From Octopus bimaculoides (taxonomy: Eukaryota), in NCBI RefSeq assembly GCF_001194135.2, contig NC_068981.1, positions 139,738,967 through 139,771,909 on the forward strand: 32,943 bases of DNA. Reading direction: 5' to 3'. Positions within the stretch are counted from its first letter, which is position 1. The number at the start of each line of letters is the position of its first letter. The position numbers and the translations under genes are program-made. The notes below the pieces were generated by a model. That model was not told the origin of the DNA. It saw nothing but the letters and a program-made list of their open reading frames with translations, and made no database searches. Below, piece by piece: positions 23,183 through 32,943 of this stretch.

Positions 23183-25354
23183 NNNNNNNNNNNNNNNNNN
23201 NNNNNNNNNNNNNNNNNNNNNNNNNNNNNNNNNNNNNNNNNNNNNNNNNNNNNNNNNNNNNNNNNNNNNNNNNNNNNNNNNNNNNNNNNNNNNNNNNNNN
23301 NNNNNNNNNNNNNNNNNNNNNNNNNNNNNNNNNNNNNNNNNNNNNNNNNNNNNNNNNNNNNNNNNNNNNNNNNNNNNNNNNNNNNNNNNNNNNNNNNNNN
23401 NNNNNNNNNNNNNNNNNNNNNNNNNNNNNNNNNNNNNNNNNNNNNNNNNNNNNNNNNNNNNNNNNNNNNNNNNNNNNNNNNNNNNNNNNNNNNNNNNNNN
23501 NNNNNNNNNNNNNNNNNNNNNNNNNNNNNNNNNNNNNNNNNNNNNNNATATATATATATATATATATAATGTGTGTTCGTGTGTGTGCGGATGTGTGTGC
23601 CTGCCTGGGTATCCGTGTATATGTTTGTTGCTTGTGCTTGATATTTGTAAGAGCTATAGTAATCTATGTATTACCAACGAAAAACTATCTTGCAAAATGT
23701 CTATCGTGTAATTCGTGAATGCTGTGCGCTTATCACAGCTAATGGCACTGCGCATACTACTGTAGTGTAAATCATTACTCCTGGTATAAAGTTGCGATTT
23801 CATTTTCTAAAATTGAGAATTAACTGATTTAGAAACAGCATAAGCATTAATACAACCCATACAGAACAGACTATCAGCCAGAAAGATATGCATATCAGTT
23901 TTATACACTTAGTATTAAATTTTCACTTACATATCTTTTTCTGCTTATCTATTATAGGTGTTATTTCCTCTACTAAATTCAAAACTTTGAGCTTTATCAT
24001 TTGCCTAGCAAGAATCATATGTAATGGTATGTATTATACCTGATAATGAAGGGATTCTATTATAGGATAGAAAACCCATCAACAATTATAGACGGAAGCA
24101 AAGTTGTGTAGTTACAAGTTTTGTTTAGCCACGCCCTTTCTACGCGTTCAGCTTCATTACGTGGTATTTTGGATGTGACTTCTGTTTTATGAGCGAAATT
24201 AGATGAGGGAAACTCTGTGTTAACACATCGTATACAGACATGCGTACATACACCCCAACCGACACACACACATATACACGCACACATATATGAGCAAGTG
24301 CTTTGACTGAGAGCGATCAATAATATTCATTTATAGATTGCAGAAATCTTAGGCTATTTCGGCTAAACTAAAAATTTCACTCACATATTTAGGTAGGCAA
24401 GTGTTGAAATTACTCGAGAGAAAAAATTAATTTCTCTCGTCGAGTACAAAACTGATACACAGTTTGTTTGTATGTCAGTAAATAATTTAACATTTTCTTC
24501 ATCTTATATTCTACCCCCAAAATATATCCACTAACACTTCTTGTACCCCAAAACAACCAAAATCCACAAATGAATGCATTTGATTACTTTTTCTACGTCT
24601 AAAACACATTTATATTCGAAATGTTGCACGCCATTCACACACCAGGATATAACTAGCAGTTATATCATCGAAGATTTTAAGTAGTATTTAAACAATGTTT
24701 TCGTAAAAAATATACTTTATACTCTTCATATAGGTATTGACTGATTTCTCTATATTTGTAATGTACATTTTCGTCGTAATAATATATATATATATAGATG
24801 CATAAATAAACTCATGAACACATATGCATATATTTATTGATACAAACGAAAAACATACATTAATTTATANNNNNNNNNNNNNNNNNNNNNNNNNNNNNNN
24901 NNNNNNNNNNNNNNNNNNNNNNNNNNNNNNNNNNNNNNNNNNNNNNNNNNNNNNNNNNNNNNNNNNNNNNNNNNNNNNNNNNNNNNNNNNNNNNNNNNNN
25001 NNNNNNNNNNNNNNNNNNNNNNNNNNNNNNNNNNNNNNNNNNNNNNNNNNNNNNNNNNNNNNNNNNNNNNNNNNNNNNNNNNNNNNNNNNNNNNNNNNNN
25101 NNNNNNNNNNNNNNNAATACCATATGTCCAACGCAAGATACAATATGTTTGTTCAATTCCTTCAAGGAATTGAACAAACATATTGTATCTTGCGTTGGAC
25201 ATATGGTATTATTCCTGTGATTTTCCACCCTTATGTATCCATTTTTACTATATATATATACATATATATACACACACACACATATATATATATATACATA
25301 TATATATACATATATACATACATATACATATAGGGTGTCCACGACATATACATA

Positions 25355-25533
25355 TAGGGTGTCCACGCCGAGCTGCGTTGCAGTGAGGAGGCAGCCATTT
25401 TGCATTTCCTTGCATTCATGGCAAAGACGGTAAGTCACTTGAAAATAAAGGAAAATACTATTTTTCAATATAATACAATAACTTTAGAAATCATAGCATC
25501 ATGAAGTCAGGGAATGCTTTTGTGGACACTCTG
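25355..25533. mobile_element. Tc1/mariner-type MITE remnant
   Basis: TA|TAGGGTGTCCAC (25355-25366) and GTGGACACTCTG|TA (25522-25533) are inverted (10/12), TA-flanked, and resemble CAGGGTGTCC-type TIRs. Confidence 0.6.
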
Positions 25534-25756
25534 TATATATATATNNNNNNNNNNNNNNNNNNNNNNNNNNNNNNNNNNNNNNNNNNNNNNNNNNNNNNNN
25601 NNNNNNNNNNNNNNNNNNNNNNNNNNNNNNNNNNNNNNNNNNNNNNNNNNNNNNNNNNNNNNNNNNNNNNNNNNNNNNNNNNNNNNNNNNNNNNNNNNNN
25701 NNNNNNNNNNNNNNNNNNNNNNNNNNNNNNNNNNNNNNNNNNNNNNNNNNNNNNNN

Positions 25757-26171
25757 GGAGAAATAACCGGTTTCGTATTTTCTTTTCAAATTTCTCTACA
25801 TGTATCGTAACATGCCTTCGCTACGCTGTAAAATATGGAGTTCTAGATAGGGGAAGGTAATCAGAGATTTTTCCGGTATAAGGGAGATAATCAAAAATGT
25901 TGGGGATGATAGATTTTGATTAATTTAACATGATTAGGTTTAGAAGGAATAGAATGTTACAAGTGGCTAGGTTTTGCTTTATATTTTTTCCCAATGAGGT
26001 AAGTTTCTCTATTTAAAAGTGTTAGCAATGGTTGAGTTTTGGCTTATATTTTTCTATGAAGAAGGTTTCCTTATTTAATCTAATTTGTGTTGGTGTTCTA
26101 ATGGCACATTGATAGAATGGAAAGATTATAAATTGTGGTAGCATTTGTTTTGTGCATTTCTCAATATGTTC
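25757..26171 (-). mobile_element. Penelope-like element 3' end: GIY-YIG C-terminal 49 aa plus 3' region
   Basis: ORF 26022..26405 ends EHIEKCTKQMLPQFIIFPFYQC..IRLNKETFFIEKYKPKLNHC*, matching the recalled PLE endonuclease tail pattern (H...C.....F.I.PF...R..KE..FI..YKP.LN); downstream CTGATTA ... GAAACCGGTT. Confidence 0.65.
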
Positions 26172-26229
26172 CGGGTTTCCCCTATCCAGGCACATATCCC
26201 TATGTTGAGGGTATATTTTGGTCGTATGA

Positions 26230-27472
26230 TGGTTTTTGATTACTTCGTCCGTGTAAATGTCTTTAGTATTGTATTCTACCAAAATTTTATCGTCTTTTCT
26301 TTTTCCTGGGGCGATGGGACGGATTTTTTTTTTGTTATTTGTGGTGAAGTGCTGCTTTTTACTGTGGGGATTGTGGGTGGGGAAGGTGAATGTGTTTGTT
26401 TCCAAACTGGCGTGAACTCAGCCACCTCCATGGTGTTGTTTGGGGGAGTTGTGTTCTTCTCAGTAAGGGGCACCTCAGATTTCAAGGGGATGGGCAATTT
26501 TGTTTTTGTAGGGTCTTGTGTGTGCAGGGGTTGGGTCTTTTTCGTTGTTTTGTTTGGGGATCGGCAACGCAACGGAGGGGGTAGGAGTGTTTATCTTCGT
26601 GGGGTGGTGTGTGTGTGTGTGTGGGGGGCTTGGGGCTGTTTTTTTCAGATGTAAGGCTTGGTCTCTGTAGAAGTTCGTCAATTTTTCTCTTTTCCTCTTC
26701 TTTTTTACTTTCTTCGCAGTCAAGGCGAATGTGTCCCTTCTTTCCGCCCTCATAACAGGTGGGTTTTCTCTTACCTGTATTCGAAGGGCCACATTCTCAA
26801 CACGAGCACCCTGTCTGGAAGCATTTCTATATCTTCCGGAGCCCCCTGAATTATGGCTGAAATACTCTGTCCCAGCCAATTCTGGGGAGCAGAGTATGTT
26901 ATCTGCAAAAATTTTTTTGTCCTGTTAAACAACAGGGAAGTCATCACTTCACGTGGGACGATATCTGGTGGCACCTCTGTCACCTCTACACAGGAAGTGC
27001 ACCTCCCCATGTAGGTTGGCAGAAACACCATTACCTTTGTTTTCAAGGGGCTCACAGAGTACCCGTGGGCCATCTCTTCGGTTGCGAACCTGACTTCAAT
27101 TGTCGCATATGCCTTTCCCCTCATGATGTATGCAATATCCTTCCACATAGTGGCCAGGCATTTCTCTATTTTGTCTTTTTCAAAATATTTAAAGCGTTTA
27201 TTCTCTGCACAGTAAGATTTAAACATTACTGTTTTCCTTTTTGTCTGTATGGCGTTGGAGGTGGGTGATGTCTTAATATCACCGTCCTCTTTCTTTCTTC
27301 CGAAATATTCTTCCAGTTTTTCAACTGGAATTTCAATGGTTTCAGTTGCCACTTTAGCAACTGCCGAGAATTTTTTTGCGCTGCTGGCACCTCCGCGAAC
27401 ATCATCACCACTCTCTTCGAGAGTGCATTTTTCTTTTATAATACTTGGTGGAAATTTATTCAATAAATACAA
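26230..27472 (-). pseudogene. Frameshifted gag-like/LINE ORF1-like gene with decayed CCHC zinc knuckle and Pro/Thr/Lys-rich tail
   Basis: The 233-aa ORF 27472-26771 (KKFSAVAK near the N-terminus) ends LPDRVLV, then shifts to ENVALRIQV (ORF 26475..26879) and, in the third frame, to RKPTCYEGGKKGHIRLDC (knuckle 26757-26716; CX2CX4HX4C with the second Cys as GGC). Low-complexity continuation follows in ORF 26276..26572. Confidence 0.7.
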
Positions 27473-27800
27473 AGATATCGCTGCAACTTAAAGAGGAAGC
27501 CTATAATAAATTTTCCTTTCATAGAGGATAATAGCTCCAATACCATCCCAGCTAGGGTTGTGGTACAAAAACCAAGTCTAAAACTACTTAAAAACAGTTC
27601 GAATTTTTACACAAAATTCAAAATGCAATGCTATAATGGCCACAGGAATATATCAAACAGTTCCTATTTCTCGGTATATGGGGGAATATTAAAAACAAAT
27701 ACAACTCAGCAAATACAACAACGGTAACAATCCCCAAAAATGCAATCCAGCAGTAGCAAAACGCTTACCTGCACAAAAAACACAACCACGTCGTATGACC

Positions 27801-27834
27801 GGAAGCTAGCTTCTTACCACAAAGCCACACCTGC
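27801..27834 (-). mobile_element. 34-bp SINE family B head fragment
   Basis: Minus strand GCAGGTGTGGCTTTGTGGTAAGAAGCTAGCTTCC matches the head at 21980 and stops abruptly. Confidence 0.7.
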
Positions 27835-28009
27835 ATCTATTCCACACAACCACGCAATGCGTTTGCATGTATGTGTATTATACATATGTTTGTGTATGTA
27901 TATTAATGTGTGCACGCATATCTGTGTATGAAATTTACTTTAGGCGCTGCGTACCTGCGTCCGCGTATTTACGTAGCTATCATGCATATTTATATATGCA
28001 TGATAGCTA

Positions 28010-28059
<50 letters not shown>

Positions 28060-30099
28060 CATATATTTGAAGTTAAGCAACACAAATTCAATAGGTTATA
28101 GCAGTACGTACGTTTCGTACAAGCTCCATTTATTCATGTAGTGAGAACACCACAGAAAATACAATGAAAATGTACTCCTCAGCTGCATAATGGAATTTCA
28201 TGTTAGAAAGTCATTTTCTTCTCTTACTCTTGTTTTTGCAAACATCTTCAAAATGACTTAAATAATTATACTGTTTAAATTATTAATTCTAATTACCGTC
28301 ACTGGAATTTTCTCTTGTTTTGTGCTGAAAATTGTTACTTTTTTTGTTATGGCCGCAGTACCAGTAGTTTAACAATTTTTTTTATTTGTTTTAAATTTTG
28401 TTTATGAATTGTGCTGTTTATTACTTTGCTGAGAGTGCTTTGTTATCACGTTGGTTGCTATCCTTATGTCTTTATTAAAATTGAATACTTTCTCTCATAG
28501 TATATAGTTTTTTGCTGTATTTTTGTAATCTTCCGTATGGCTTTTTGATTTCGCTTTACGAGTGAGTTTATTAAATTACGACAGTATATCATTTGTATTA
28601 TTTTTTTTACCTCCTGCATCAGCCCTGATTGACGAAATCCGTTGATTTATAACATTCAAGTAATAGTCTGCCAAATATCTTCCCTAATCAGCTTGTATAG
28701 TATTATGCAATAATTGCTTCTTTTGAAATATGGAGGCTATGAGGTGGGTAACATTTGGCGGCTAGGCTTTCTACTAGGCTTAAGTTACCTGCTCCCCAGA
28801 ATCTTTTGTTTCTTTACTGCCAAGTTAAACAAGAGAGAACAGACGTCACATTCGGTTTATTGCAGTTGTGACCATACCATCTTGTGTTTCTGCCACAATA
28901 TAGAAACCTCTAAGGATACATACATATATATATCATTTCATTTCAAAGTTTCAGCTCAGAGCTGCGGCCATGCTGATGCACCACCGTGTATATATATATA
29001 TATATATATATATATNNNNNNNNNNNNNNNNNNNNNNNNNNNNNNNNNNNNNNNNNNNNNNNNNNNNNNNNNNNNNNNNNNNNNNNNNNNNNNNNATATA
29101 GTGATATACGTATTCATATACTACACACACTATACACAGAATTTGGAATATATAGTATTGAAATGATGGGCTTATTCTATTCATGCAGAAGAAACTGAAG
29201 TTCATTTGAAGGCACCTGAAGTCTAGTTTGAGGAAATGAAGTTACTTCAAAAGCACTAACTGGACCGGAATGCTTACATCAGAGTGCTCACAAAACCCAA
29301 GAAATGGATTGGTACAATGTTTCAAATGGGCTTTCACACCAACTTTGTTTACAAAATTTCATTCATAAAGCATTGCCCATGAAACTCTCCTTGGGTGTAG
29401 CGCAATGAAATCAGACTAGAAACCACCTAATCCTGAAACGAAATTCTTAAACAACATAGCCATCTCTTCATCCTATGCATTTCTCTCTTCATGCACCATA
29501 TCTACACACATTTGCAATCCTGGACATCATTACTAAAGTCAGAAGATTCAAGATTTTCTATGAAAAGATACAACAATAGTTTGGTGTTTCATTCAGGCCT
29601 GTTTATTGTGCTAGACTCATGTTCTCGAGAGCTTACCCTTTTGACACTGGATCTATGTAACCTTTTGGCTGGGTATCTTCACTCATCGGTGGGTCTGTTT
29701 GACATATTGTAGAGGCCAGCTTCTTTTTAGTCCCCTATGCTTTAGTCATCAAATCTTCAGCTAACTGAGCCCATACTGGGGGTCCTTGAAAAGTGCTACT
29801 ACTCGTACCCAGAGCAAGCCTAGGAGCTGTGAGGATGAAGGAGTAACTATTACTCTCGCAAACGCCTAAACTATCTAACTCAAGCCTCAACAACGGATGC
29901 AGATTAATGTTTTGCTAGAACAAATGCGTTAGTTTGTCGAATTTAGAAAAATAACCCACAATAGCTGTGCTAAGACGCCTTTAAATAACCATCCTCTCTT
30001 AACAACGGCCTGTCTAGATGTGTTACTTAGCAATAATCTTAGGCAAATTAGAGCACTACACTGGACGACTAAATACTTAGAAGATCCCCTCCTCCAACT

Positions 30100-30222
30100 T
30101 ATCGTCATCATCATTACCATCATCATCATCGTCGTCGTCGTCATCATCGTCGTCGTCGTCATCATCGTCGTTTTTGTCGCAGCCTCGTTGTTGTCGTCGT
30201 CTTCACCACCGTCACTATCATC
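30100..30222. repeat. (ATC/GTC)n trinucleotide tract
   Basis: Directly visible; explains ORFs 29929..30297 and 30020..30241. Confidence 0.92.
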
Positions 30223-30984
30223 ATACAACATACGTGCCTGATATTGGCATACATGCCTGATAACTTGTGTTTCTGCTGACCTAAGTTTAGTGAGCATATA
30301 TAGTATATCACAGGCACGGTTCTGTTATATTTCTATTTGAATAGAAGTTAAAAACATTCATTTAGAATAGATAATAAATATTAATCCTTTAAATTTACTC
30401 AGAGGTTTGTTTTGCTCTGTGGTATGTTCTGTTGAAATCACATCCCTCTGCGTATCTGCAGCACTTCAAAAGTAGCTTCTTCTCACCTGTTTCTCTTTTC
30501 CTTCATATACCTTCTCTCCGTATGTCATTAAGAATTAATATATTCCTATTTCTGTATTTTTGTTTTTACTTTGAATTCAATGTTTTGTAGATTAAAATAA
30601 ATATGTTTTCCTTCCGAAAATTTAATGTTTCATTTTATTGATATTCAGTTGATTTTTCACATTGAATTTATCTGACAAATATATTCTTTGCTTTTAGATT
30701 GTTATAGCTAAATTTATATTTACATTGTGGCAGACATTACTGATGTATTTCAGCTATAGCTGTTATTACGTTCAAAATACATTATTATTATAATTTTTTT
30801 TTAAGATGGTATATTTTCCTTGTCTTTGAAATGACTTTCTACTGTTTCATGAGAAGATCCTTCCTAAATGTTGATTCTTTCCCTGATATAATTTGCTGAA
30901 GTTAATCTCCATGTCATTTCTGGTAAAGTATGTCATTTGTGGTAAACATGGTATCATACCGAATTTAATATTTTGAACGTAAGT

Positions 30985-31415
30985 AAGGCAGCGAGCTGAC
31001 AGAAACGTTAGCATACCGGGCAAAATGTTTAACGGAATTTTGTCTATCTGTGCATTCTGAGATGAAATTCCGCCGAGGCCCGCTTTAACTTTCATCCGTT
31101 TGGAGTCGATAAAATAAGTACCATTTGAGCACTGGAATCGATTTAATCGATTTAGTCACTACTCACAAAATGCTGGCGCTGTGCAAAAATTAGAAACCAA
31201 TAAGGTGGCTAGCTGGCAGAATCTTTAGCACGCCGGGCAAATTGCTTAGCGGCATTTCGTCCGTCTGTACTTTCTGAGTTGAAATTCCGCCAGGACCGAC
31301 TTTGACTTTCATCTTTTCGGGAACGACAGAATAATACCATTTGAGCACTGGAGTCGATGTAATCGACCTGCTCCCCCTCCGAAATTGCTCGCTTTGTACC
31401 AAAATTTAAAACCAA
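30985..31415 (+). mobile_element. Two head-to-tail SINE family A copies (about 30985-31200, 31203-31415)
   Basis: AAGGCAGCGAGCTGACAGAAACGTTAGC.. and AAGGTGGCTAGCTGGCAGAATCTTTAGC.. heads, each followed by the full motif set. Confidence 0.88.
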
Positions 31416-31894
31416 TATTTTGAACGTAATTCGTTAATTAAAACTAACTGTACATAAGTTTGGTGTGTTTATTCTATATCCCTGTACTGTTTCTTTGCTC
31501 TTATTGTTTTTAATGTAAATGGAAATAGATCTTTCTCATGTTAGAAGGGGTCATTCCGTTTGCTCCATTAACTGAACTATTAGCTGAATGACTAAGGTTA
31601 ATTATTCCGTAGACATATAAGCGCTTAACGGAATTCTCAAGAATAATCAGCAAGAGAATTTGTATGAAATACCGTGACACAACTGAAGATTGTAATTACG
31701 GGTACAATCCATCCGACCAGCTTCTGCAGTCTCTGTCAACCCAATTCTAGTCAGTAAGCTTGGGTAATTCCTAAATGCTTGTAAAGATACATTCCGAAAA
31801 TTTTACACAGTGAAATGCAACCCAAAAGCCTGTGTTGAGATTTTTTTTTTTAACAATTTGCCTATTTTGTTTTCAATATTCGATATTCATAAGG

Positions 31895-32468
31895 CGGCTA
31901 AGGCTGCAAGCTGACTGAATCGTTAGCACTCTGGGCAAAATGCTTCGAAGCATTTCGTCCGTCTTTACGTTCTGAGTTCAAATTCCACCGAGATCGACTT
32001 TGCCTTCCATTTTATCGAGGTCGATAAAGCAAGTGCTAGTCACGCACAGGGATTGATGTAATAGGCCTTCCCTTGGAGTTGCTGGCTTTGTGCCAAAATT
32101 CGAAATCAATATTCATAAGTCGGCGAGCTGGCAGAATCGATTGCAGGCCGGCAAAAGGCTTAGTGGCATTTTGTCCATCTTTACATTCTGAGCTCAAATT
32201 CCACCATGGTTGAATTTGCATTTCATCGCTTCGGTATCGATAAAATAAGTAACAATTAATTACTTGGGTCGATGTAGTGGACTAGTCCCTTCCCCTGAAA
32301 CTATTAGCCTTGTATCAAAAATAGAAACCAATATTCTCTAGGGTGGCTACCTAGCAGAATCGTTACCACACACAGGAAAAATGATTAGCGGCATTCCGTG
32401 AATCTTTAAGTTCTGAGTTCCAGTTTCACTTGAAGTCGACTCAGCCTTGTGCCAAAATTTGAAACCAA
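31895..32468 (+). mobile_element. Three head-to-tail SINE family A copies (about 31895-32110, 32118-32335, 32340-32468 internally deleted)
   Basis: Three successive heads GCTGACTGAATCGTTAGC, GAGCTGGCAGAATCG and CTAGCAGAATCGTTA, each ending in CCTTGT(G/A)(C/T)CAAAA..GAAA(C/T)CAA. Confidence 0.88.
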
Positions 32469-32943
32469 CATTTTATATTATTTTGTGAAAAATACATAGG
32501 GCTTAAATATGTGACTTTGTATTTTTGACCTTCATATTACCAAAGCAAAATGATTAAATACAATAATACCAAAAAAACAAATAGAATGGCGATCTCGCTT
32601 GGTGTGGAGCAGTTGTTTCCTCTGTCAGTGCATAGACATGTGCTTCTTGCGGCTATAAGGGCTTTTAGCTCTTATTTCTAGGAATGAAGGTACTACCCTG
32701 CACCGACAGGCTCTTTTGGTTTTATATTGCGTATAGCCGACTTCATTATTATATATATATATATATATATTGTCCGAAACGGTCGTGACTTCTGGTACCT
32801 GACTGAGGAAAGAAGTACACGAATGACCCCTTTTTTGCTTGTCCTTCTAATTGTTGTTTCTCTTGTCCGCCCTTGTATCATCTATCTGTCCGAATGTTTT
32901 ATTGTTTTATTGTCCTCTATTGTGTTTTTGTTCCATATATATA

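Noticed and set aside
23731-23752. TATCACAGC, the 5' end of miR-2 family matures
   Set aside because: The rest does not match miR-2, and only a 6-bp local hairpin forms, not a precursor stem.
29170-29930. Complex non-microsatellite sequence that might be exonic or LINE-derived
   Set aside because: Stops in all frames checked and no motif I can name; left unassigned.

Overview
AT-rich eukaryotic, repeat-dominated DNA with long (TA)n, (CA)n, (GA)n and (TAA)n microsatellites and several N assembly gaps. The tRNA-derived SINE families and microsatellite load suggest a cephalopod, probably Octopus (inferred from recalled repeat sequences, not from a search). I can support no intact host gene, rRNA, true tRNA or CRISPR array, and most supplied ORFs are microsatellite read-throughs. 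Recognisable content: about 17 copies of one tRNA-headed SINE in co-oriented head-to-tail runs; CORE-like and other SINEs; R4/Dong-type LINE remnants; a decayed Ty3/Gypsy pol (PR-RT-RNaseH-IN, minus strand, about 13600-15300); Penelope-like 3' ends with degenerate hammerhead-like motifs; MITE/foldback elements. The most unusual object is a minus-strand element at about 25757-27800. A frameshifted gag/ORF1-like gene with a decayed CCHC knuckle, preceded by a candidate 5'UTR intron, runs directly into the C-terminus of a Penelope GIY-YIG domain and a hammerhead-like 3' region, with no RT. All protein-family calls come from motif recognition by eye and need HMM/BLAST confirmation. Boundaries of decayed elements are approximate.
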